Positions 54,884 to 64,000 of a DNA stretch of 64,000 bases are shown here, one piece after another. The translations under genes were made by a program, and so were the position numbers. The notes beneath the pieces are model-generated. The model made no database searches. It saw nothing but the letters and a program-made list of their open reading frames with translations, and was not told the DNA's origin. Numbering within the stretch: position 1 is the first letter of the stretch; the number at the start of each line of letters is the position of its first letter. The stretch covers positions 896,001-960,000 of the forward strand of contig CM000155.2 of NCBI GenBank assembly GCA_000004695.1, in the 5' to 3' direction. This DNA is from Dictyostelium discoideum (lineage: Eukaryota).

Positions 54884-55927
54884 ATGGATAGTAACAATAG
54901 TAATAATAATAATAAAAATCTAAAACAAATATGTGATATACCAAAACCTCAATTTTTAAGTAAAGGAGTTTTTACATTAGTTGGAGTATTATGTAAATTT
55001 TGGATATCAATGAATACGGTCACAACATCAGGTATTGATAAATTAGTAAATGAAATTGATAAAACTCACCAATTAAAAAGACCAATGATAACAATTGCAA
55101 ATCATTCGTCAAATTTAGATGATCCATTATTATGGGGTGTTTTACCAAATCGTATTTTAATGGATCCATCAAAACAACGTTGGACATTAGGTGCTTCAAA
55201 TATTTTATTTACAAATTGGTTTTATTCTAAATTTTTTTCATTAGGTAAATGTGTAAGTTTTTACATTAATATTATTATAAAAATTAAATGAAATTTCATT
55301 GATTTTTATTTCTTTTATTTTTTATTTTTTATTTTTTTTTTTGAGAAATTTTACTAAAATATCTTTTTTTTTTTTTATTTTTTTTTATTTTTATTTTTTT
55401 TTTTTTATTTTTATTTTAAATTTATCAAAATAAAATAGATTAAAATTGTTAGAGGTGATGGAATTTATCAAGATGGTATGAATGAATCAATTGATAGATT
55501 ATCAGAAGGACAATGGTTACATATATTTCCAGAAGGTAGAATTAGTCAACAAACTCAATTATTATATTTTAAATGGGGTCTTGGTAGATTAGTTGGTGAA
55601 TGTTATAGAAGAACCGGTGTTGTACCATTAGTTGTACCAATTTATCATCAAGGTATGGAGAAATCAATGCCATTAGCAAAATTACCAATACCAAGAGTTG
55701 GTATAAATTTAGATATTAAAGTTGGTGATAATATTTATTGTGATCAAGTAATTTCGAAATATATTGATGATAATAAAATATCTGATCTCACCGATTACCT
55801 TTCACAAGATGATAAAAAACGAAAAGATTTTTATAAAACAATTACGCTTCATATTGAAGATGAATATCAAAAAATTATACCCCCAACCAATAGAGGTCGT
55901 TTTTCTCATCCAACAATTAAAGATTAA
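54884..55927 (+). CDS. taz: Tafazzin (phospholipid:lysophospholipid transacylase, cardiolipin remodelling). Two exons: 54884..55252, 55439..55927
   Basis: Exon 1 encodes ...ITIANHSSNLDDPLLWGVLP...NWFYSKFFSLGKC, with a GTAAGT donor at 55253. Exon 2 follows TAG at 55436..55438 and encodes IKIVRGDGIYQDGMNESIDRLSEGQWLHIFPEGRIS...FKWGLGRLVGEC...VVPIYHQGM. Both are collinear with human tafazzin (NHQSCMDDPHLWG...[42 protein letters not shown]...FKWGIGRLIAEC), including the HX4D acyltransferase motif. Confidence 0.75.
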
Positions 55928-56037
55928 AAATAAAATTAAAATTAAAATTAATAATGAAAATAATAAAATTAAAAAAAAAAAAAAAAAAAAAGATATTTTA
56001 ATCTATGGTTTGAAAATAAAAATAAAAATAATTATTT

Positions 56038-56085
<48 letters not shown>

Positions 56086-56137
56086 ACGATTTTTTTTTTT
56101 TTTTTTTTTTTTTTTTTGAATTTTATTTTATTTACCA

Positions 56138-56225
56138 ATGCAATCTTTTATTCCAAAATTTTGGGAAAATACAAATAATAATAATAATGATATAATTAAT
56201 AAAGAAATAAATGTAGATAATAGGA

Positions 56226-56319
<94 letters not shown>

Positions 56320-57039
56320 AAATTTACAAAATAATTTAAATGTTAATGTTTTAACTATATTAAGAAAATATCAAAAAATTTTCAATGAAATTGAAACGTT
56401 AATATCAAGTTGGGAATATTCAGAGAATAATTTATTTATAGTTTTTAAAAATATTTTATCATTTTTAGAAAGATATAATATATTAATAAATACATCCACA
56501 ATATCAACAATAAATTCAAATGAAATTGATTTAAATAATGACTCAAATGGTATAAGAATTGATTATTTTAGATTATTTAAAGATTCAAATAATAATAATA
56601 ATAATAATAATTCTATAGAATTTGAATTAAAATTAAAAATAATTGATAAATTAGAAGAATCAATGATATCATTAGATGAATATCAAAGAGAAATGAAAAA
56701 AGTTATAGAAAAATTTGATTCGTTTAAAATTGAAATTGACCAATATTGGGAAACAAATATTTTTTCTTTAAAATCATTATCAACAACGACAACAACAACA
56801 ATTGATAAAAATATATATATAAAAATAAATGAATTAAATCAAGGAAGTTTTTCAAATTCACCAATAACACAAATTGATCAATGGTTTCATTTTATTGTTA
56901 ATCAATTTAAATTAGAATTTCAAAGAAGAGATGGTTTATTAAAAAATTTAGAATATAATAAACCAATTAAACAATTAAACTCAATTTTTGAAAATTATGA
57001 AAAAAATACCAATTTTTCTTTAAATAATAGTATGTTTAG

Positions 57040-57073
<34 letters not shown>

Positions 57074-57085
57074 TTTCTTAACTAA
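56138..57085 (+). CDS. N-rich hypothetical protein. It may carry a terminal intron: alternative 3' end 56138..57029 joined to 57115..57161
   Basis: 315-aa ORF with a (AAT)n poly-N tract. The ORF-track C-terminus [16 protein letters not shown] is translated from an A28 run, preceded by a GTATGT at 57030. Splicing from there to TAG|TTAGGGAAATAATACC at 57112..57114 would give ...SLNNIREIIPKVNGVIKEM*. Confidence 0.4.
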
Positions 57086-58164
57086 TTATTATTATTTTTT
57101 TTTTCTATTTTTAGTTAGGGAAATAATACCAAAAGTTAATGGAGTTATAAAAGAAATGTAAATAAAATAAAACAAAATAAAAAACTATTATAAATTTTAT
57201 ATCTTTTTTTTTATTTTTATTTTTATTTTTATTTTTTAATCAAATTATTAAATTAATTGGTTTTTTTTTTTTAAATTTAAATGGTGTTATTTCATTTTAT
57301 TACATGAATTAATACTATCCTTTATTTGGTGTTTCCTAATTGTGTTCCACTAACAAAAAACTAGGAGAAAGAAAAAGTAAAAATTGTCAAGAAAAAAAGA
57401 AAAAATAAAAAATAAAATAAGATAAATATTTATAAAAACAATTTTATATATATTTTTTTTTTAATTACGTTATTATATTTAATTTATTTTTTATTTTTAT
57501 TTATTTTTATTTTAAAAAGCAAGAAAGCTGGAATGCTGCAAAAAAAGCTTACCCTTTTTTTTAAACACCAATTTAACTTTTGGTGCTTTTTTGCAATTGT
57601 TGTGAAAATATCTTTTTAATAATACTAAAAATAATTTTTTTTTTTTATTTGATTGATCAATTGTGTTTGTTATAATTTTTTTTTTTCTAATTTTAAATCG
57701 TTTCCACTGAATACATAGTTTTTTTTTCTCATAATATATTTTTTTTTATTTTCTTTTATTTTCTAATTTTAAAATCCCCATGATACTTATTTTTTTTAAT
57801 TTTTTTTTTATTATTTTTCTATTTAAAACCTAAAATTTTTTTTTTCTTTAATTTTGTTTTCATTTTTAAAAATTATATTGGTTTTTATTTATTAGTTTTA
57901 AATTTTCAATTATAAGTATTATTTAATATTATAAATTTTTCTTTTTATATATTAATTATTTTTTTTTTTTTTCAATTTTAAAATTGAACAAATTTGTCCA
58001 ATTCCGTACTGTATCAATTCTAATCATTTTTAAAGCTCTGCTTGAACTCTCGGTTTCATTTTCACAATTAATATGGCACATCAACCCCCAATTAAACAGG
58101 CTTACGCCCACTACTCTGTACCACATTATCAGTATTTCAATGGCCATGAAAGAGTTTTTGTGTA

Positions 58165-58312
58165 ATTATTATGACGGATTAGATAAAAGAACATTGAAAC
58201 TGAAATTGAAATCCATCTTGATAATATACATATTTTGGATATCCTAAATATGTTTATTATCAAGATGGATTTCAATTTTCAATATTCTTTTATCTAATCC
58301 GTCATAATAATA
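58165..58312. repeat. Long imperfect inverted repeat (hairpin of about 148 nt) in intergenic DNA
   Basis: The left arm attattatgacggattagataaaagaacattgaaactgaaattgaaatccatcttgataata pairs with the right arm tattatcaagatggatttcaattttcaatattcttttatctaatccgtcataataat. The central loop itself holds the palindrome ggatatcc. The GC-richer non-coding stretch 57990..58160 lies just upstream. Confidence 0.7.
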
Positions 58313-58329
58313 TTCATTTATTTCCCAAA

Positions 58330-58565
58330 ATATAAAAATAAATGAATTAAATCAAGGAAGTTTTTCAAATTCATCATTAACACAAATTGATCAATGTTTT
58401 CATTTTATTATTAATTAATTTAAATTAGAATTTCAAAGAAGAGATAGTTATTAAAAATTTTGGAATATAATAAACCAATTAAACAATTAAACTCAATTTT
58501 TTGAAAATTATGAAAAGAATATCACTTTTTCTTTAAATATAATAGTATGTTTGGGAAATAAAAAA
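58330..58565 (+). pseudogene. Degenerate segmental duplicate (about 235 bp) of the 3' end of gene 56138..57085, including the start of its putative terminal intron
   Basis: 58330..58565 (aaaaataaatgaattaaatcaaggaagtttttcaaattcatcattaacacaaattgatcaatgttttcattttatt...ttctttaaatataatagtatgtttggg) aligns with 56815..57045 (..caaattcaccaataacacaaattgatcaatggtttcattttattgtt...tttctttaaataatagtatgtttag). There are about 10% substitutions and small indels that break the frame. Confidence 0.5.
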
Positions 58566-58735
58566 AAAAAAAATAAAAAAAATCATTTTCATAATTATTA
58601 TTTTCTAAAGTGTGTTGGCTGGGGAAAAAAAAAAAAAAAAAAAAAATATACAAATAATATAAGAAAAATACAATAAACAAGTAGGAAATAGGATATATTA
58701 TGTTTGATAACTCTCTGAAATCTAATTTATTGAAT

Positions 58736-60280
58736 TTAAGCCTTAGTTGATCTTGATTTCTTGACGCCGAAATATTTAGTCTTATCTTCAGCGGTTTGAT
58801 GAAGACCGTGACCAAACTTGCTGGAGGTATCGATGAATTTGAGAGTGATTTTCTCGAGGGCAGCACGACCAGTTTGAGTGGTGATACTCTTTCTTAAGGT
58901 TAAGGCTCTCTTTCTTGGACCAGCAACACAACCTATTTATTGAAAATTATATATTAGTATTTGAATCGTATAATTATATAATAATAATGATAATAATAAT
59001 AATAAAAAAAGAAAAAGAAAAAAAATAACAATAAATGGGGGAAAAAAAAATAGCATTTTCAGAAAGAACTTAAACATAATAGGAAGTGAAAAAAATGAAA
59101 AAGCAAAGGAGAAATCTAACAATATTATGGAAAAAAGAAAAACATAATAATAAAAAAAAAATAATAATAATTTATACAAATTAAATAACATACCTTTAAG
59201 CATTAAGAATTCATGTTTAACCATACCGTAGTGAGCGAAACCACCCATTGGATTGATAGTCTTTTCAGTTAAATCGAATTCAGTCTTACCGGTTGAGATT
59301 TGTTTACCGTCTTCTGGTTGAGCTTGACCGATTCTGTAAATCTTCTTGTTTCTTTCGACACGATGATGGTAACCGAGTTGACCAGCTCTTGGGACGGTGG
59401 TACTAACACGGGATGGATGCCATGCACCAATACAGGCAACCTTTCTTAAACCTTTATGGGTCTTTCTTGGTAATTTACGGACACCCCATCTTTTAATGAC
59501 ACCATTGAAACCTTTACCTTTGGTTACACCGATAACATCGATTAATTCATTTTCGGCAAAGACACCAGTGACGTTGACGGTCTTTTCAAAGTTGGCAACA
59601 GCAAAGTTAACTTTTTCGACGATTGAACCACCATTGACTTGGATTTCAAGGACGTGTGCTTTCTTTTGAGTTAATTTTAATTTGTGAACTTGAGTGTGAG
59701 CAATGACACGGACGACTGAACATCTCTTTTTGATGGCTTGGAGAGAGGCTTCAATTGATTTTTTACCTTCTTCAGTTTCGTATTGTTTAACGTATTTGGT
59801 GAAAGCTTTCTTTGATTTTGATTTGTACCAGTTTTTGTATAATCTTCTACGGAAGTTATCACTTAAATGTTGAGCCCAGACGGTTTTGTAGGTTTTGAGA
59901 CCTTGAGCGGTTTCAACATAACCAACTAAACCAACAATGTACATTGGTGGACATTCAATGATGGTGACGGCTTCAACGATTTCTTTTTTGTGCATCTTTG
60001 AACCTGGTTTTTCTAAATCTCTGACAACGTGAGTCATACCAGCTTTGTAACCCATGAATGCAGTTAAGTGGACTTTTTGGGTACGGTCATCCTTTGGGAA
60101 TGACTTGACTTTACCTTGATGTCTGGCGGCTCTCTTTCTTGGTCTGAAACCGAGATTACCGTGACGTGGAGCTTCAAATTTACGATGACTAATTGATTTA
60201 AATGTAAAAACAAAATTAAAAGAAAAAAAAGAATTAGTATTTATTGAATTTCTTTTAATTATTGATTAAAAGTTTTTCTT

Positions 60281-60312
<32 letters not shown>

Positions 60313-60486
60313 TAAATAATGATAAATATAAAAATTATAAATTTAACATCCAAGCACAACCAATTACCATCATTCGATAATGTTTGTATGAAAATGTTTT
60401 ATAATTTTTTAAATATAATTAAAATTTTTTTGAACCCCTTTTTTTTTTTTATTTTTGTCGTTTTTTTTTATAATATTTTACCTCAT
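58736..60486 (-). CDS. rpl3: 60S ribosomal protein L3 (uL3). Three exons: 60486..60482 (ATGAG only), 60188..59194, 58932..58736
   Basis: Exon 2 follows TAG at 60191..60189 and encodes (S)[55 protein letters not shown]...[21 protein letters not shown]...HEFLMLKG, with a GTATGT donor at 59193 (phase 1). Exon 3 follows TAG at 58935..58933 and encodes [43 protein letters not shown]...STKA*. The frame requires a 2-nt contribution ahead of exon 2; ATGAG|GTAAAA at 60486..60482 supplies Met-Ser (MSHRKF, as in other uL3 proteins). The total is 398 aa. The sequence is GC-richer with ribosomal-protein-type codon bias. Confidence 0.8.
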
Positions 60487-60817
60487 ATTGTTATTGTTGT
60501 TTAGAAGTGACTAACGAAAAAAAAAAATAAAAAATTATTCAATTTAGCCATTTTATACTAACTTTTTTGGTTTTTTTTACGAAAAAAAAATCAAATTTTT
60601 TTAATTTTTTAAAAATTAAAGAAAATAAATGCCCGGCGTAAAAAAAAAAATAAATGCCCGGTTTAAAAAAAATATTATTATAAATTTAAAAAAAAAAAAA
60701 AGTGATTCGCTAATATATATTTTTTTTTTTATTTTTTAAAAAAAGAGATTGGCTAATATGTATTTTTATTTTATTTTTTATTTTTAAATAAATGTTTAAC
60801 TAAAATTTAATTATATG

Positions 60818-60856
<39 letters not shown>

Positions 60857-61079
60857 AAATCTTTTTTTTTTTTGACTATTTTTAATTTCCAATAAAACAT
60901 CTAAAAATAAATAATTACTTTTTTTAAAATACCCATAGTTTAAATCTCATTCAAATTGAAAAAAGAGTAAAATTTAAAAATTTAAAAGAAAATAATAAAA
61001 ATAACCCTTTTCAAGCTTTTGTTAATCAAATTCAAATTTTAACTTGTTATTCTCAATTTTTTTTTTTTTCCACTAGTAA

Positions 61080-61119
<40 letters not shown>

Positions 61120-61399
61120 CAATTAAAACTTTGGTTAATAAAAATGGAACTATTCAATTAAATAACACTCTCTAGATTCTCATTATTTTTTCAATACAAA
61201 TTTCAAGTGATAATATCAGAATCAATCCAATCATCTCAAATTAATAATATTCTGGTAAATTTTTAATTTTTTTTTTTTTTTTTTTTTTTAAATTTTAAGT
61301 TTTAAAACCAATACATTTTTAAACAATATAGAGTTATTAGTTTATATTGGATGTAACAAATAATTGTGATATGGTAATTCCAGAAGTTAAGAAAAAAAA

Positions 61400-61435
<36 letters not shown>

Positions 61436-62096
61436 AATAAAAATAGATAAATAAATAAGCAAAAAAAAAATGGTTTAAGAAGAGTATTTTTATTGAATAT
61501 CGTCTTCTGAGACTTTTTTTTTATTCGAAAGACTATAAATGATATTTAACTTTAAAAAAAAAAAAAAAAAAAAAAAATTGAAAAATAAAATAAAGATTAT
61601 ATAAAAAAAAAAACTCTTAGGAAACGATATTCACTAAAATTACTCTTCTTAAAACATTTTTTTTTGTTTATTTATTTATCTATTTATTGATTAATCTATT
61701 TTTAAATTTTAATAATTATTTTTTTTTTTTTTTTTTTTTTTTAATTTTTTTTTTTCCTTACTTCTAAAATTCCCATACCACAAAAATAAACCATTTTCAA
61801 CAAACTTTTGTTAATCTAATTCTCATTTTCTTCAAAATTATATTGATTTGTAACTTCTAAAAAGTTTTGAATTGTTTTAAGGTTGCCATTATTGAGTACA
61901 GGAGCATGTCCGATAACACTACCTAAGCCGAATTGCAGCTGTATGGTTTAGCATTATGATCAATGAGTTTAATGAGAGATAATTTCAAAAAAACTCCATT
62001 AATAAATAATTCACTTGGAATTTTGGGAACCTGAATTCCTTTTTGCTTATAACTGGAAAGCAATAATCTTAAAGGTATTGATGGGAGACTATAACA

Positions 62097-62240
62097 GTAT
62101 TATCGTTGATGTATTCTTGATATCTAATATAACCAATTTCCTCCAATTTATATTTACTACAATTGGTATTGATCACAAGTAAATATAAATTGGAGGAAAT
62201 TGGTTATAATAGATATCAAGAATACATTAACGATAATACT
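62097..62240. repeat. Near-perfect 62-nt inverted repeat with a 19-nt spacer (hairpin of about 144 nt) in intergenic DNA
   Basis: Arm 62097..62158 gtattatcgttgatgtattcttgatatctaatataaccaatttcctccaatttatatttact and arm 62178..62240 agtaaatataaattggaggaaattggttataatagatatcaagaatacattaacgataatac are reverse complements with 2 mismatches. The spacer is acaattggtattgatcaca. Confidence 0.8.
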
Positions 62241-63252
62241 CATTGGAGATTTATCCACTTGGGTGGATTACTAATAAATGATGGGATTGACTCCTTATCA
62301 TTTTATTTAATTTTATATCATATATAAATGATTTTAATGTGATATTACCAGATTCAACAGCTGGAAACGAGTGATATAGAAATTCTATTTCTTCACCTGG
62401 AGTAGGAATTTGATTTCTTGATAGAAAAAAATCAATGAATGTAAGAAGTAAGCTTTAACTTTTTCTTTAAATAATTTGACGAGCCATAAAAAACAACAAA
62501 TAACAAATAATTAAAGAAATAAACTTACTTTTAAAATGAATGTAATATAATATAAATATAATTGGAAAAAAAATTGAAAACAAATTAAAGAAAAACAAAA
62601 TTAATTTTTTAAAAAAGTAAGGGTGGTTAGATATTAAAGTTTTAGCCGCATAAAATTAATTAATTTTATGCGGCGATGGTGGGTTTGTCACATCATTTTT
62701 TTTTTTTAATTATTTTTTTTTTTTATTTTCTATGCGACTGCCCTTTTTAAAACATAATGAAAATAAAATAAAAAAAAATATTGGTTTTAAATAAGAAATA
62801 ATAATGATAAAAAAAAATTATAAAAAAAAATAAAAAATGTGTAAATTTTATTTTTTACTCCTAAATTTAGTTTTTATCATAATTTTTTTTATCATATTCA
62901 TAAATAACTAACTGATGTTTATTTAAATTTGGATATTTTTTTTTTTCATATCTCAACCTATCTTATGAATATGATCTTTTCATAATTCGAAAGTTGTTCA
63001 AAAAAGTGCGAAAAATTTGATGATTGGAATAAATAGCCAATAATAATAATAAAAAAAAAAAAAAAAAAAAATTAAAAAAAAATTAAATAAAAAAAAAAAA
63101 ACCAAATGGGAACCTGGTTAAAAAATTGATTAAGAAGGTGTTGAATTATAATTAATCAATGAAGATGGTAAATAAATTTGAAAAATTAATGAATGAAATG
63201 AATTTTATTTCTTTTTAAAATATTTTTTTTTTTTTTTTAAAAAAAAAAAACT

Positions 63253-64000
63253 TTATTTTATTAAAGTATTTGGAAGAGTTTTAGCTACACATGGACCAGC
63301 AGAAGTTTTTGATAAATCACCTTTATAAGAGGCGATTTTATTATCATCAGTCTTAAAGTCAGCACTGACAGCGTCAAAAGTTGCAGGTTTTAAAACTTTA
63401 TCGAATTCACCTGGATATTTATCAAAGACAACACGTTCACCAATGGTTGCATTAGCTGGTGGTTCAACAAATTCAACATGAGTATGATCAGCATTTGAAG
63501 CACATAAAACCATGCCAAAGGATTTGATACTTTTGAGATTTGCTGGTTTTAAATTACATAATACCAATACCATACGATTTAACATTTGATCCAATGGAAT
63601 GAACTTAACCAAACCACTTACAATGGTTCTTGGACCTTCCTTTTCACCTAAATCAATCTTTTCAACATATAATGAATCTGCATTTGGATGTTTTTCACAT
63701 TCAACAATTTTACCAACTCTAATTTCAAATCTTGAAATATCCATTGGTGGTTCTGCAACAACTGGTGCGACTCTTTTCTCTTTTTTTGGTTGTTGTTCAC
63801 TTGTTTGTTGTTCAGTTGATTTTTTATCAACATTAACATTTTCAGTTTTATTTGCTGCTGCTGCTGCTGCTGGTTTCTTTTCTTCTTTCTTTTCAACTGG
63901 TGGTGGTACAACACTAATTGTAATTAATGGTTGAATATTTAAAATTGATTTTTGATTTTGAATTAAATTAAACCATCTTGTAATATTACAAAAAGTGAAT
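63253..64000 (-). CDS. Protein with a C-terminal EMAP-II/Myf-type tRNA-binding domain (AIMP1/Arc1p-like, or an aminoacyl-tRNA-synthetase C-terminal domain). 5' part beyond the window end
   Basis: 163-aa ORF from ATG 63744: MDISRFEIRVGKIVECEKHPNADSLYVEKIDLGE...PRTIVSGLVKFIPLDQMLNRMVLVLCNLKPANLKSIKSFGMVLCAS. This is the classic tRNA-binding OB-fold signature (..I.VG.I......HP.AD.LYV..IDLGE...R.IVSGL..........V.V..NLKP...RG..S.GM.L). The same frame stays open upstream through a K/E/A-rich linker (..PPPVEKKEEKKPAAAAAANKTEN...KKEKRVAPVVAEPP) to the window edge, so the gene is probably 5'-truncated here. Confidence 0.55.
   Translation of the reverse strand, partial: FTFCNITRWFNLIQNQKSILNIQPLITISVVPPPVEKKEEKKPAAAAAANKTENVNVDKKSTEQQTSEQQPKKEKRVAPVVAEPPMDISRFEIRVGKIVECEKHPNADSLYVEKIDLGEKEGPRTIVSGLVKFIPLDQMLNRMVLVLCNLKPANLKSIKSFGMVLCASNADHTHVEFVEPPANATIGERVVFDKYPGEFDKVLKPATFDAVSADFKTDDNKIASYKGDLSKTSAGPCVAKTLPNTLIK

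Noticed and set aside
57984-58247. 87-aa plus-strand ORF in the GC-richer block before the hairpin
   Set aside because: There is no homology, it is hydrophobic and low-complexity, and its 3' end runs into the inverted repeat. It more likely lies within a non-coding or mobile-element-derived segment.

Overview
This window reads as nuclear DNA of Dictyostelium discoideum or a close dictyostelid. It is extremely AT-rich, with homopolymer A/T runs between genes and long AAT/CAA trinucleotide arrays that encode poly-Asn and poly-Gln inside ORFs. Introns are short, AT-rich and of the GTAAGT...(T)AG type. It is not prokaryotic, so there are no operons or CRISPR, and the supplied ORF track fragments most genes at introns. 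The track also appears to start some ORFs at GTG or TTG (for example 10094..12415, 15883..16734 and 39853..40191), so several listed 'M' starts are not real ATGs.

By translating both strands and joining exons at GT/AG sites I can support about 30 protein-coding genes. The clearest are:
- a 5'-truncated tRNA-gene-targeted (TRE-like) non-LTR retrotransposon (ORF1 plus the endonuclease domain of ORF2) lying downstream of a tRNA-Phe(GAA) gene;
- condensin-2 subunit H2 (3 exons), a NASP-type histone chaperone (3 exons), THUMPD1 (3 exons), ArgJ (4 exons, with a mitochondrial presequence exon) and ribosomal protein L3 (3 exons, the first only 5 nt);
- an S10 serine carboxypeptidase (4 exons), BCS1 AAA-ATPase, tafazzin, LAMTOR4 (3 tiny exons, absent from the ORF track) and a Tim21-like protein;
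- a NudC/CS-domain protein, a DENN-domain protein, an F-box protein, and a Ser/Thr kinase with a DYG motif;
- an SR-type splicing factor (RRM, CCHC knuckle, RD/RS tail) split by an unusually long intron of about 1.09 kb;
- a large secreted protein with tandem CBM49-like modules and Pro-Thr linkers whose five introns are all phase 1;
- a tandem pair of EGF-like single-pass membrane protein genes;
- several N/I-rich Dictyostelium-type hypothetical proteins.

All family assignments come from recalled motifs; no database search was possible. Exon boundaries were derived by hand and may be off by 1-2 nt.
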